Shown: positions 28,473-39,221 of the stretch, one piece after another | Numbering within the stretch: the first letter of the stretch is position 1 | Layout: every line of letters begins with the position of its first letter | Assembly: GCA_038109055.1 (NCBI GenBank) | Contig: JAYNIM010000004.1 | Span: 67,858 to 131,857, forward strand | Reading direction: 5' to 3' | DNA: 64,000 nucleotides | Source: a bacterium | GTDB taxonomy: Bacteria > Margulisbacteria > Marinamargulisbacteria > GCA-2716485 > JAYNIM01 | The notes under the pieces: generated by a model | Databases searched by the model: none | The model's input: only the letters and a program-made list of their open reading frames with translations | What the model was told of the DNA's origin: nothing | Made by a program: the position numbers and the translations under genes

Positions 28473-29392
28473 GTTTTTGACCTTATACTACGCCAACACG
28501 CTCTAAGGGAAATTTTAAAAAATGTCATCATAAAAAATAAAGCTCTTGGCCATAAATATATCCTTTTTATCTTTATTACAGCTGCTAAATAGTTTAATAG
28601 TCTTTTATCAGTTTGTAAGCGTGCATAGACTTTCTTAAGTTTATTGTTATCTATACTTTTGTTCAATGCATCATGATAACAAGACATCATTGGCATATGC
28701 TTAAATTTATTTAGAGAATACAAGGTATCATCTACCAAGGCCTCTTTAAAGCGATTCGAGCAATTATCTATATGCCAACGCGTTTCTCCAAGCGGCTGAT
28801 CTAAGAACATGGCCTTGTGCTGCATGAGTATACGCATAAACAGATCATAATCATTGCAATACAAGACTTTTTCATCAAAGACATAATCTAATTTATCTAA
28901 ACAAGATTTTCGAACTACAGCCATCAAAATACTCACTGGATAATGGTCTAGAGCTGCCTTAAAAACAAAACCTGAAGGCTGTTTTTCTTTAAAAAAAAGA
29001 TACTTGCTCCCTCTCACTACATTATTGATATATTCATTCCCATATAGAATACTCAAATCGGGATCCTGGACAAAATGTGGGACTTGGGTGGCTAATTTTT
29101 CTGGATACCACACATCATCACAGTCTAGAAAGGCGATTAATTCGCCTTTTGCATGAGAAAAGGCCTTGTTTCTAGCGATGGCCAAATTGCTGTGTTTATC
29201 CGCTAATATATAGCGTAAACGTTTATCGTAAGACTGGGCAATTTTGGCACTATTATCTGTGGATTGGTTATCATAAAAAATTATTTCCCAATTGGGATAG
29301 GTCTGTGCATAAGCGCTATCAATGGCTTCTTTTAAGTATTTGTCTGAATTGTAGCAATTCATGATAATGGATATGAGTGGACTTTTGGCCAT
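28469..29392 (-). CDS. Glycosyltransferase family 2
   Basis: ISIIMNCYN, DNQSTD, ARN, FLDCDD.W.PEKL. Confidence 0.92.
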   Translation of the reverse strand: MAKSPLISIIMNCYNSDKYLKEAIDSAYAQTYPNWEIIFYDNQSTDNSAKIAQSYDKRLRYILADKHSNLAIARNKAFSHAKGELIAFLDCDDVWYPEKLATQVPHFVQDPDLSILYGNEYINNVVRGSKYLFFKEKQPSGFVFKAALDHYPVSILMAVVRKSCLDKLDYVFDEKVLYCNDYDLFMRILMQHKAMFLDQPLGETRWHIDNCSNRFKEALVDDTLYSLNKFKHMPMMSCYHDALNKSIDNNKLKKVYARLQTDKRLLNYLAAVIKIKRIYLWPRALFFMMTFFKISLRACWRSIRSKT

Positions 29393-29423
29393 TTTTACTG
29401 ATATTGCTTAATTTGCGACATCC

Positions 29424-29891
29424 CTATCGATCAATACGTGACCAATCATAATTGATCAGATCATTTTTATGTGGGTCTAATCGAATCATTTCATCTCGCG
29501 GCAACTGATCATGAGGAATATTAGGGGCGCTGGCAAGAATGGCTGTGGATGTAAGGCCTTTATGTCCATTAAATACTCCTGGTGGAATAATGACTAATTG
29601 ATAGTTATCTTCACCTATAAAAAGCTCCATTATGTTGCCTTTTGTTGTTGAATTTTCACGTGGATCAAATAATACCAATTTTATCATCCCTACTACCACA
29701 CAATAATTTAACGTTAATTGTTGATGTTGATGCCACCCTTTGATGGCTGATTGATAAATTTTTGAAAAATAAATTTCACCAAATTTTTTAAAATGTGGAT
29801 CTGATGAACGTAGCATATGAAAGATACAGCCTCTTTCATCTGGAATTTTTTTTAAAGTTATTAGTTTAACACCCTCTATCTGTTTATTCAT
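29424..29891 (-). CDS. NDP-4-keto-6-deoxysugar 3,5-epimerase (RmlC-like cupin)
   Basis: DERG, FGEIYFS, IKGWH.H, IPPGVFNG. Confidence 0.85.
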   Translation of the reverse strand: MNKQIEGVKLITLKKIPDERGCIFHMLRSSDPHFKKFGEIYFSKIYQSAIKGWHQHQQLTLNYCVVVGMIKLVLFDPRENSTTKGNIMELFIGEDNYQLVIIPPGVFNGHKGLTSTAILASAPNIPHDQLPRDEMIRLDPHKNDLINYDWSRIDR

Positions 29892-30919
29892 GATTGAAAA
29901 TTTAGTGCAGTATCAATGGTTCTTGCCTCAATTAATGCTTTTATTTTGCTAATACGATTAAAACTATTCCCACAAAATTTTTCTGTGCTCAATTCTGTCG
30001 ATTGATAAATGGCTCTTAATTCTTCGATTCCATCTGCCAATGTCCAATTACACTTATAGTTTAATTGCTTGTTTAATTTATCAAATGAAACATGGTAATC
30101 GCGCGTGTCATTGGCTTGCTTTTGTTTAATCGAAATGCTGCAGTTTGGATAAAACTCTTTGACTTTATTTGCAATGTCTTTTACCTGATAATTTTCACTA
30201 TTATCGCCCACATTAAAGGCTTGGTTATGGATAATCGATTGAGGCGCATCAAGTACAGCTATCATGGCATCACATATATCTTGAATATGAACCAAAGGTC
30301 TATATGGAGTTCCATCACCGAGAATTTTAATTTCATTTTCTGTTTCAGCATAACCCACTAAATTATTCACCACAATATCAAAGCGCATTCTGGGTGAAAA
30401 ACCGAAGGCTGTGGCATTTCTCATAAAAATGGGTGAAAACGAATCATCTGCTAATAACTTAATATCATTTTCTGCTAATATTTTAGCCTCTCCATAGGCT
30501 GTTTGTGGGTTTGCCGGGCTCTCTTCTGTTAATTGATTACCTTCACCTTGACCATATAATGAGCAAGAGCTTGCAAATATGAATCGCTTACAGCCTAATG
30601 ATTTTAATTTTTTTGCTAAATTTACTGAGGCGAGATGATTAATATCATAGGTTATTTGTTTATTTAAATTTCCTAATGGATCATTACTGAGTGCTGCAAG
30701 ATGGATACATGCATCTACGCCAAGATCTAAGTCTTGTGCTGAAAGATATCGGATATCTTTTTTAATTAAGTGGTAGTCTTTTATATTGGATTGATTTAAA
30801 TTTTCATCTGCGTAAAAGCCTGTATCGATTCCAATGACATCATATCCAATGGCTAGGAGTTTATGTGCCATAATTGTACCTATGTATCCTTGAGATCCCG
30901 TTAGAAGTATTTTTTTCAT
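29888..30919 (-). CDS. NAD-dependent epimerase/dehydratase
   Basis: TGSQGYIG, HLAALSNDPLG, SSCSLYG, YGEAK. Confidence 0.9.
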   Translation of the reverse strand: MKKILLTGSQGYIGTIMAHKLLAIGYDVIGIDTGFYADENLNQSNIKDYHLIKKDIRYLSAQDLDLGVDACIHLAALSNDPLGNLNKQITYDINHLASVNLAKKLKSLGCKRFIFASSCSLYGQGEGNQLTEESPANPQTAYGEAKILAENDIKLLADDSFSPIFMRNATAFGFSPRMRFDIVVNNLVGYAETENEIKILGDGTPYRPLVHIQDICDAMIAVLDAPQSIIHNQAFNVGDNSENYQVKDIANKVKEFYPNCSISIKQKQANDTRDYHVSFDKLNKQLNYKCNWTLADGIEELRAIYQSTELSTEKFCGNSFNRISKIKALIEARTIDTALNFQS

Positions 30920-30956
30920 TATTTATTATAGTACTAAATAATTGTTCTTTGATCGA

Positions 30957-31757
30957 CTAAATATCTACTCGATGATTGCTGAGAGGGATTCCACCTGCTC
31001 TATTTTTGTTCATCTGATCTGGCCATTCCCTGCATAAGGCCTCTTTGTCTCTGAGCGTATCCATGCATCGCCAGTAACCTGGATGATGATAGGCACTTAA
31101 TTGGGCTTCTTTTGTGAGTTGCTCTAGGGGTTCTTTTTCTAAAATCATTTGATCATTTTCAATATAATTAAATATTTGAGGCTCAAAAACAAAAAAACCA
31201 CCATTAATCCAGCCTTCATCTGCTTGTGACTTTTCTACAAAACGGGTCACCTGATCACCGTCTATCGTTAAGGCGCCAAATCTTGCTGCTGGTCTAACAG
31301 CTGATACTGTGGCCAAACGTTTAGCTGTCTGATGTTTTTTAATCAACTCAGGTATATTGATGGTTGCCAAGCCATCACCATAGGTCAACATAAAGGGCGC
31401 TGATTCCAAATGGGGCTTTAAACGCAGCAATCGTCCTCCCGTCATGGTCTCTTGTCCTGTATCAATGAGGGTTACCGACCACTCTTTTTTAACAGGGTTT
31501 AAGATTTTAACATCGCCACTTTTAAGCGTGATAGTCATGTCATTTTGTCGCTTATGATAATTTAAAAAGTAATCTTTGATCATGTCCCCTTTATATCCCA
31601 AGGCAATATAGAAATCATTAAAACCAAAATGACTATAAATGGTCATAATATGCCAAATAATAGGAAAACCCCCTATGTCTACCATGGGTTTGGGCTTATG
31701 AACGGTCTCTTCGGCTAAACGCGTGCCTTTTCCCCCAGCAAGTATGACGACTTTCAT
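30957..31757 (-). CDS. rfbF: Glucose-1-phosphate cytidylyltransferase
   Basis: ILAGGKGTRL.EET, PKPMV, TMTGGRL, LTYGDG, W.CMDTLRDK. Confidence 0.93.
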   Translation of the reverse strand: MKVVILAGGKGTRLAEETVHKPKPMVDIGGFPIIWHIMTIYSHFGFNDFYIALGYKGDMIKDYFLNYHKRQNDMTITLKSGDVKILNPVKKEWSVTLIDTGQETMTGGRLLRLKPHLESAPFMLTYGDGLATINIPELIKKHQTAKRLATVSAVRPAARFGALTIDGDQVTRFVEKSQADEGWINGGFFVFEPQIFNYIENDQMILEKEPLEQLTKEAQLSAYHHPGYWRCMDTLRDKEALCREWPDQMNKNRAGGIPLSNHRVDI

Positions 31758-31828
31758 AGTTGCAAGTATACTAAAGTTGCCCGATTAAATCGATATGTGT
31801 GTCGTGCTATGCGATCAATGCCCTACTG

Positions 31829-32533
31829 CTACAATCGTATAAATTCTATCCCACTAATATATTTTGAATTTCTGGAAACCCGAAATGGAAATTGATTAGA
31901 TATGTAATGTGCGTCAACATCATGTTGATAGTCATACTTCAATTCTAAGATTGTATTGGGGTCTACGGTCATAAAGCTTTCAGATATATTGGTATTATTA
32001 TCAATCCTAAAATAATTTAAACTGTCGTCAACTGTCACTCGAAATTTTTTATCGAATGACAAAAAATATCTACGCTCATACCTATTTAGCAAGGTCATTT
32101 CTAAGGTAAATAACTCTTGTCGAATAAGTTCAGGAATAGTTGATTGCAATAATAACTTTTTAATATCCATAATATTTGTTTGGTCTGTAAAATTAAACGA
32201 AGGCAGCAAAAATGATTGTTTGGTCCCTGTTAAACCATGTTTACTTTTAATTTCTAATGTCGCTTGAATCTGACCATACATCTCACCATACCATCGTAGA
32301 CGCACTTTTTTTCTATTGGCTATTCCGGCTACATTTTCACGATAAAATTTGTAATCTATAGAATCAAAATAAATATTATTGATTTTTCTTTGACGATAAA
32401 TTTCACGAAATAAACTTGGATGTACCGAAAGAAGATAATAAATCGATGATTTATATTCTCTAGTTACAACGAACTTTCTTTCATAGCGTGAAAGCGAGTT
32501 ATTTTTTGCTGGCTTTCCCATAAACTTTTCCAT
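31829..32533 (-). CDS. VTC (polyphosphate polymerase / TTM-fold) domain protein
   Basis: RYERKF, NIYFD, RKKVRLRWYG, LEIK, RVTVD, ILELKY, SKY; start may be 32521. Confidence 0.87.
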   Translation of the reverse strand: MEKFMGKPAKNNSLSRYERKFVVTREYKSSIYYLLSVHPSLFREIYRQRKINNIYFDSIDYKFYRENVAGIANRKKVRLRWYGEMYGQIQATLEIKSKHGLTGTKQSFLLPSFNFTDQTNIMDIKKLLLQSTIPELIRQELFTLEMTLLNRYERRYFLSFDKKFRVTVDDSLNYFRIDNNTNISESFMTVDPNTILELKYDYQHDVDAHYISNQFPFRVSRNSKYISGIEFIRL

Positions 32534-35069
32534 ACAATACCGATTTTACTTTTTTGGTCGTTGCTTTAATGGCTTGTTCATTGATAAACAACACAGACTT
32601 ATCTTCAACTAGTGCTCGTGTCTTTAGATTATCTTCACTAACGTTTGTTACCCGTATGGTACCTGGCCCATAGGCTGACTTTTTTTGAAATACTACAAAG
32701 CCAAGGTTTGCAGAAACAACGGCAACAGACTCTGCGTTAATATAAGAGCCATCCTTACTTGCTAGGGCAATTTCTGAATCGTAAATAGAGATCTGTTTTC
32801 CTGTTATTTCACTATTTTCTCCAGAGCTAATCCCTTTATCTCCAGCACTCTTTATATAAATCTCTTTTAAATTAACTTGGGCACCTGAGACATCAATGCC
32901 ATCATTACCTGCCTGGTAGATCTTAATATTCTTCATCACACCATTTGAAAAATCAATATCAATTGCATCAGAATAGCTATGGTTAAATTCGCTATTTTTC
33001 AACTCAAACTTTGATCTGACGATATTTAACATATCTTCTGAATGATTATTTGAAAACATGCAATTCTCAATTGTGACTGGAGATTCGTAAAATGTCACCG
33101 ATCCGGTCAGATCCCATAATTGATGAGACGGGTTTGCTACGTTATCAAAATGGACATACCTTAATTCAGACTGTTTTTTTGCCTTTATTACAACCAGCCC
33201 GCGACCATTTTTAATCCGGATAGGCTTATCAAAAGATCCAATAAATTTTATGGGGCCTTTAGAAAAAATCATCGCTTCTTTTTCAAGAGTTAAAACCAAC
33301 CCTTGATAGGCATGTAAGGTGTAATTCTCAGGAATGATTAAGGGCTTATCTAATACCCAATGTCCAGACTTTATGATTATTTTTTTTTCAACATCATCTT
33401 TTATGATAAATGGAAATTGATCACTATTTCCCTTTTGACGAATAAAATCATGTCGAACAAAATTATTTTCAATTCGTGAATATGGAAAAATAGAGGATTG
33501 ATGCACTTTTTTGCTACCAAGTAATCGATACATTACCTGAATATCATCTACACGCTCTATTTTTTTATTGGATACATTAACGTTATACTCCCGATATGCT
33601 GTGAACTCCCCTTTTTTTAAACCATTGATAATAAGTGGTTTTGACGGTATATGTTGCCATTCTCCATCGACTACTATTTTTAATATCTCTATAGGAAATA
33701 TCTGATTATTACCTATAGATAATTGCAGGTTATTTACTTGTTGATCTTGGAGATATATGTTTAATGGTCTAATTGGATTAAGCGCGTTTTGAATCAATGC
33801 CTGATTGATATAAAAATTTTTAATCTTAACCGCCATCATTGGAAACTCTTTGTATAAAATATTTTTATTTTTATTAAACTCTTTTTCTATTGATTCTAAA
33901 AAACTATCCAAATAGTCTCTTGAAGAAAACTTTTCTAAATACGACACATACGCTTTTACATAGGCTGTGTCAGAGTATAGGGCAGATAGGTTCTTAATGA
34001 TGTTACCTGGTTTAGCATCAAATCCTATTGGCATTAACTTGGATAAAATCGGATTATAATAAAATCGCATGTTATGCATCGAACTTCCATGTTGTCCACC
34101 AAGCACATCTGAAATCGCATAATGTGCGGCCAATGTATCAATGTCAAAGGCCTCCGATACACGTATTTTTTCTTTTCGAAACAACTCTAATAATTGATAG
34201 GCGGCTAAAAACTGTTTTTTAAGTATCGGATTATTTATATTTTTTTTTGTTTGAAAAACGTCGGGAAAACCTCCATCATTCACACTAATACTCGAATACC
34301 ACAAGGGGGGGCCTCCATTAGAATTCATTTTCTTTACAGGTAAAGAAATTTTCATTTCAAACATAATATCTTCGTTCTCTTTCACAATGGGACCTTCTTT
34401 CATGCCTTGTCTTTCAAGTAAATGCTTATCAAAATGTTCTTCAACGGCATATATACCTAAGGACTTACCGTTTAGTTGCAATGTTATAAATTGATAATTT
34501 AAATTTAATACACCTTCTTTTTGTAACAATTTATGAAATAACCATTCATGGATATAGCCTCTGGTCTTTGGATGTTGTAAAGAAAACTTTGTCATCCCCA
34601 TAATGGTTTTGTTATCCAAAACCTTCACTCTAAATGACCATTTTTCTCCTTGTAAATGATCCAGAAAGTCGCCTTTTAAGCGTAATTTTACTGAATACTT
34701 TTCTCCATTATATAGAATTATTGCCGGCACATAATCATCAGAATTAGCCACTAATATACCGGCCTTTAATGCAAGATTTCGTTTATATTCTAACTTTTTA
34801 AGGTCTAAAAACTTAATATCTATTGATAAATGCTCCGGATGAGATAGCTTTCCTTTAATATAATTACCCACAACATTTACTCTAAAGAATAATGCGTTCT
34901 TCAACGTACCAATATGTTCTTTTCTATGTATATCTGCACCAACTATTAGCATTGCTCCTGTATAGATGCAAAGCACAAAAAAACTTGCCGCAAGGACAAT
35001 CTTTCTTTTTATCAACTTGCTTTTTATCTTTTTTAAAGGGTGCTTTTTTTCTGCTTTTTTAATGATCAT
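32499..35069 (-). CDS. CotH-family kinase with N-terminal membrane anchor and C-terminal right-handed beta-helix
   Basis: KLRLKGD..DHL..KWSFR, GIYAVEE, HNMRFY, PIGFD; repeated SEDMLN/SDAIDIDFS/GNDGIDVSG/GDKGISSGE coils. Confidence 0.82.
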   Translation of the reverse strand: MIIKKAEKKHPLKKIKSKLIKRKIVLAASFFVLCIYTGAMLIVGADIHRKEHIGTLKNALFFRVNVVGNYIKGKLSHPEHLSIDIKFLDLKKLEYKRNLALKAGILVANSDDYVPAIILYNGEKYSVKLRLKGDFLDHLQGEKWSFRVKVLDNKTIMGMTKFSLQHPKTRGYIHEWLFHKLLQKEGVLNLNYQFITLQLNGKSLGIYAVEEHFDKHLLERQGMKEGPIVKENEDIMFEMKISLPVKKMNSNGGPPLWYSSISVNDGGFPDVFQTKKNINNPILKKQFLAAYQLLELFRKEKIRVSEAFDIDTLAAHYAISDVLGGQHGSSMHNMRFYYNPILSKLMPIGFDAKPGNIIKNLSALYSDTAYVKAYVSYLEKFSSRDYLDSFLESIEKEFNKNKNILYKEFPMMAVKIKNFYINQALIQNALNPIRPLNIYLQDQQVNNLQLSIGNNQIFPIEILKIVVDGEWQHIPSKPLIINGLKKGEFTAYREYNVNVSNKKIERVDDIQVMYRLLGSKKVHQSSIFPYSRIENNFVRHDFIRQKGNSDQFPFIIKDDVEKKIIIKSGHWVLDKPLIIPENYTLHAYQGLVLTLEKEAMIFSKGPIKFIGSFDKPIRIKNGRGLVVIKAKKQSELRYVHFDNVANPSHQLWDLTGSVTFYESPVTIENCMFSNNHSEDMLNIVRSKFELKNSEFNHSYSDAIDIDFSNGVMKNIKIYQAGNDGIDVSGAQVNLKEIYIKSAGDKGISSGENSEITGKQISIYDSEIALASKDGSYINAESVAVVSANLGFVVFQKKSAYGPGTIRVTNVSEDNLKTRALVEDKSVLFINEQAIKATTKKVKSVLYGKVYGKASKK

Positions 35070-35089
35070 TCATAAGCTTGTTAAAACTG

Positions 35090-35776
35090 TTAACTTGTTA
35101 AAATACCCGAATTATCTATGAAATTTACAGCCAATGTAGGAAATCTTTTTTTCATTACTTGTTTAAGTGCTATAAGTTCTTTGTATGACTTAATATCAAT
35201 ACTTATTGCCGATTCAATATGGCCAGCATCTTCTGATAAACGTTTTAAATTAATTAATTCACTGTGTTCACTTAAAACATTGATAACATCATCAATATTG
35301 ATCGTATTAGGCTTATTTGATGACAATACCAAATGTAAATGTTGTGCTGAGGATTCTTCAAATAGTTTATTTTTCACTAACATCAATACCCCTATGATCA
35401 AAACACCAACACAGGTCACCTTTACTTGACCGGCACCTAAACCTAAGCCAATTGCAATCGCTAAAAATGCGACTGTCAATTCTTCTGGCTCTTTTAACGC
35501 TGTTCTGAATCTAACAATTGATAAGGCCCCCACTAATCCAAGTGATAAGGCTAGTGATGATTTCACGATCGTAATAATTAGCATCGTTGTCATCGTTAGC
35601 ATCATCAGATTTTGTGCAAAAAGCTTTCGATTAGATAAACTTCGACCGTATTTAATATATAACTGACTAAGAATAAACGACAAAAAAAATGCTATTATAA
35701 GGTTCAAACAAAAACCAACTATAGGAATTGAACTTGTTGAATGGGTTAAGAACTTTTCAAATAATGTTTTATCCAC
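35090..35776 (-). CDS. DUF4956 family membrane protein
   Basis: SLALSLGLVGALSIVRFRT.LKEP; several TM helices plus soluble C-terminal domain. Confidence 0.88.
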   Translation of the reverse strand: MDKTLFEKFLTHSTSSIPIVGFCLNLIIAFFLSFILSQLYIKYGRSLSNRKLFAQNLMMLTMTTMLIITIVKSSLALSLGLVGALSIVRFRTALKEPEELTVAFLAIAIGLGLGAGQVKVTCVGVLIIGVLMLVKNKLFEESSAQHLHLVLSSNKPNTINIDDVINVLSEHSELINLKRLSEDAGHIESAISIDIKSYKELIALKQVMKKRFPTLAVNFIDNSGILTS

Positions 35777-36864
35777 TTCTTCACTCTATCAAATACACCC
35801 ACCTTTTTGAATCGTATTAATAGAAAACCTCCAAATAGGGTCGCAAAGATTCCATAATAAAAATATTTATTCGTCAAAATATGAAGATGGAATACCCGAT
35901 AAATAAATTTAGTCTTTGTTTCCTCAAACATCTTTTTCCAGTAAGTAGTGTTATATACGGTGATGTCTTTATTTGAGCGTTGATTAAATTGAGGAATTAA
36001 TGGAATATGCTCAAAATCAATTCTCTCTCCTGATACCTTTACCCTGACCAAGCTATCTGACGAAATCTCTGCTAATCCAGTGGCTATGTAGGTGATATTA
36101 TTAACTTTATCAAAAAATATATTTGCCGTATGGCCTAGTCCAACATCTCCACTAGCCCAATAAACATTTTTTTCGTCCTTAACTTTTTCAAGTAATGGTA
36201 ATAGTTGTGATCTAAAATTAGTTTCTGGAAAAGAAGATGTCGAATTGGCATGCATGTTTTTATTTCTAATCAATACACTATCGCCTTGGAAAAATTGAAA
36301 TTCAGGATGATCCGCCCATATTAAATGATGAGAAAAAATAAATATATTTTTTATTAGTTTATTTTCCTCTAACATTTTTGACTTAAAAAACTCCCATTGT
36401 TTCCCTGAAATGTAACCGTGATCTATTTGGGTATCTAAAAAAATAAACCTTGTTGAGTCAATATCAAATGAAAAGTATCGTTGTGCTCCGTAACGCTCAT
36501 TATATAGTTCAGAGACATCATGATTGCCCACCGCATTAAATATAGGCACCTTTACTTTTTCAGATACCAGAAAATCAAATAATTGAAATGCCTGCAAGTT
36601 ATTAGGTCCTACTATATCTCCTAAAAAGACAAGCATTTTGGCTTCTTTATCTTGATTTATATAGTCAAGATTCATTAAAAGAGTTGTTGCAGGTAATATC
36701 TTTCCATCATAAGGTTGTCCATATGCATGCCCTATGAGATAAAACGAGTACGGTTCTGGTGATTCTTTTTTGAGTGTTCGTTTATTGAAGGGAGAAATGG
36801 TCGTCCCCTCTAATTGAGAGCAAACCATTACACATATTAAACATAGTTTAATAATGATTTTCAC
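35746..36864 (-). CDS. Exported metallophosphoesterase with C-terminal membrane anchor
   Basis: Signal peptide, GHAYG, LGD, GNHD, FSHH; hydrophobic segment near C-terminus. Confidence 0.78.
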   Translation of the reverse strand: MKIIIKLCLICVMVCSQLEGTTISPFNKRTLKKESPEPYSFYLIGHAYGQPYDGKILPATTLLMNLDYINQDKEAKMLVFLGDIVGPNNLQAFQLFDFLVSEKVKVPIFNAVGNHDVSELYNERYGAQRYFSFDIDSTRFIFLDTQIDHGYISGKQWEFFKSKMLEENKLIKNIFIFSHHLIWADHPEFQFFQGDSVLIRNKNMHANSTSSFPETNFRSQLLPLLEKVKDEKNVYWASGDVGLGHTANIFFDKVNNITYIATGLAEISSDSLVRVKVSGERIDFEHIPLIPQFNQRSNKDITVYNTTYWKKMFEETKTKFIYRVFHLHILTNKYFYYGIFATLFGGFLLIRFKKVGVFDRVKKWIKHYLKSS

Positions 36865-36895
36865 GTGTTAACTATACTAACGTTATCTACTTAAA

Positions 36896-37846
36896 TCAAA
36901 CGTCTGTCCATGTTTCGTTTTTAGCTGTTTGAAGGTTTTTAATCACTTCGCGACATGATTGTAGCATCGCTTCTTTAACCTCTTCCTGTGTTAATGAAGT
37001 TACGGCTAATTTATTTAGTTCTTTTATATCGATAGAAATAGCACTTGCTTCTTTAGGTTCTTTAGACTGAATGTCTATTTGGCATGTTTTGCCGCTTTCG
37101 ATCTCATAGGCTTTTTGCACAATTTTGGCGACCTCTTCAATTGTCATCGACGTCCCACTGGCCATATTAAAACATTGCTGAGGCTCTGTAGGCCTTTGAA
37201 CAATAAGGGCGTTAATATACTTTAATAGTTGCTTAATAGGCAAAAAATCGCGGGTTTGCTTCCCCGATGAGCGCAATGTTATAGAGCCCTTTTCAACCGC
37301 TTCTTTGCAAAAACAACCCGGCACCAAGCTCCAACGATCAATAGACAAGTCATCTGGTGATCCAAACACGTTACTGGGTCGAATAATAACCGTATTCATG
37401 CGATCTTGATAGGCTCTTACATAGTGTTCTGCGTAATAATGGGTCAAGCCATAATCATCTGTACAATCAATTTCATTATCTAGGCTAATCATGCCAGCCT
37501 GGGCCTTGTAAACCCGCATGGTAGAAAAATAGATAAAGCGCTTTGCACCTGCTTGATGGGCCAACTCTAAGCATTGCTTTGTCCCCCATGCGTTCACCAT
37601 AAGGGCCTGTTTGGCATCTTGGCAATCGATTTCATTGGCGGCTGCAAGATGAATGCACAGATCTATTTTTTCCTTGATTTTTAAGGATAGCTTATCTTGG
37701 GTCAAATCTTGCTGATAAAAGCTAACTCCTTTAGGTAACTGATGCTTGCTTCGTGATACTGCAATGATGTTATGACCTTGCCTGTGAAGATCATTTAAGA
37801 TAAATCGGCCTAAAAAACCTGAGGTTCCGGTGAGGAGAATGTTCAT
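36896..37846 (-). CDS. NAD-dependent epimerase/dehydratase family
   Basis: TGTSGFLG, HLAAANE, YGLTH variant of YxxxK. Confidence 0.85.
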   Translation of the reverse strand: MNILLTGTSGFLGRFILNDLHRQGHNIIAVSRSKHQLPKGVSFYQQDLTQDKLSLKIKEKIDLCIHLAAANEIDCQDAKQALMVNAWGTKQCLELAHQAGAKRFIYFSTMRVYKAQAGMISLDNEIDCTDDYGLTHYYAEHYVRAYQDRMNTVIIRPSNVFGSPDDLSIDRWSLVPGCFCKEAVEKGSITLRSSGKQTRDFLPIKQLLKYINALIVQRPTEPQQCFNMASGTSMTIEEVAKIVQKAYEIESGKTCQIDIQSKEPKEASAISIDIKELNKLAVTSLTQEEVKEAMLQSCREVIKNLQTAKNETWTDV

Positions 37847-39138
37847 GACGCTTTTACCACCACGTGATCCTCAACTCGTTTTTTGGCTCTAAATGTTTCC
37901 CATTTTTTATATAGCGAGAAGAAAAGGCTATTTAGTTCTTTTTTTCCTTTTAACTCTTCCCAGCGTAACCGTGACTTGGCTAATAAGTCTAAAAGAAGAG
38001 AGGATGTGTGCTCTATTGCATGGTTTTTCTTAAAGTAAGCATAGGTTTTTTTGGATAGGGCTTCCTTGTTATTTATTACCTGATGCATGATATCGTCCAT
38101 TGAATGCGTACCTGCTTTGTAGGATGGGCTTAGGATTTGTTCGCAGGTATCATACTCTGACATTTCATATAGAAAATGATATTTGTAGCCCGCGGCTATT
38201 GGCTCATAAGAAAAATTTAAACACATGGTCGGAACACCCAATATGGCGGCATCTAGTGCGGCGATGCCCATAGCAAAAAAGCCATCCATTTGTGATGAAA
38301 ATTCAGGTAATTTATCAGGCCAAATGTGTTTGATGCGATGAATCGAAAGAAAGTCAGATTTTGGCTGTTTTAAATGTTCTTCTTGATCGCCATATCCTGT
38401 AATATGAAATTGAATCACGCATTGATGATCGGCTGCATATTTATCTAAATCTTGAATCACACGATTAATGATATGAATTTGAAAGTCTGATATACGTCCT
38501 ACCCATGCAAGTTGTAGCTCTTTTTTCTGTTTAAACTCTTTAAGATAAAAATTTTGTTTTGGATAATCACTTTGATTGGGTGCAAATAAGCCTTCTTTAA
38601 ATTTATAGTTAAAGGCTTGTTCAATATTTCGTTTTGTTGCCCCATTAATAAAGCCAATGGCATCGTGATTAGCCAATAGCTTTAATAGCCATTTTGACCG
38701 TTGATATTCGACCCTTAAAATACTGCCCCATATCGCACGAGATTTCCAATATATACGCGTAGTTATATGGCGAAATTTTGGCATAGCAGGTAAAATATTG
38801 CCCTGGTGTGTTGTCAAAAAAAATAACTGCGTGTCATCCGGGATCATTAAATTCTTATACTCTAAGCGTAATGACCATGGTGGCAATAACTGCATAATTA
38901 AAACTGCATTTTCAGGAATTTGGGCACCCTTTTCATGATCAAAGAAAATAATTTCTATGCTAGAAGTGTCTGGTAGGCTTTGATGCATATAACCATTTTT
39001 ATAATCTACCAACGCAATATCATAGCCTTGTTTTTCTAAATACAAAGCTGTTCTAACAAAATACACCTGTACTCCACCCACGCCATAATAAGGGAAAAAG
39101 AAGACTAGTTTTTTGTTTTTGAGTTCAGATAATTGCAC
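37843..39138 (-). CDS. Putative GT-B glycosyltransferase
   Basis: GVGGVQ N-terminal motif, AWVGR, FAMG.AALDAA.LGVPT. Confidence 0.55.
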   Translation of the reverse strand: MQLSELKNKKLVFFFPYYGVGGVQVYFVRTALYLEKQGYDIALVDYKNGYMHQSLPDTSSIEIIFFDHEKGAQIPENAVLIMQLLPPWSLRLEYKNLMIPDDTQLFFLTTHQGNILPAMPKFRHITTRIYWKSRAIWGSILRVEYQRSKWLLKLLANHDAIGFINGATKRNIEQAFNYKFKEGLFAPNQSDYPKQNFYLKEFKQKKELQLAWVGRISDFQIHIINRVIQDLDKYAADHQCVIQFHITGYGDQEEHLKQPKSDFLSIHRIKHIWPDKLPEFSSQMDGFFAMGIAALDAAILGVPTMCLNFSYEPIAAGYKYHFLYEMSEYDTCEQILSPSYKAGTHSMDDIMHQVINNKEALSKKTYAYFKKNHAIEHTSSLLLDLLAKSRLRWEELKGKKELNSLFFSLYKKWETFRAKKRVEDHVVVKAS

Positions 39139-39221
39139 CTGTGTATAATAGTTTGTTTTTTATTGGCTCACAAGTAAACAGAACTTATCTACTCTATAAA
39201 TATTCGCTACACTATATCCAT

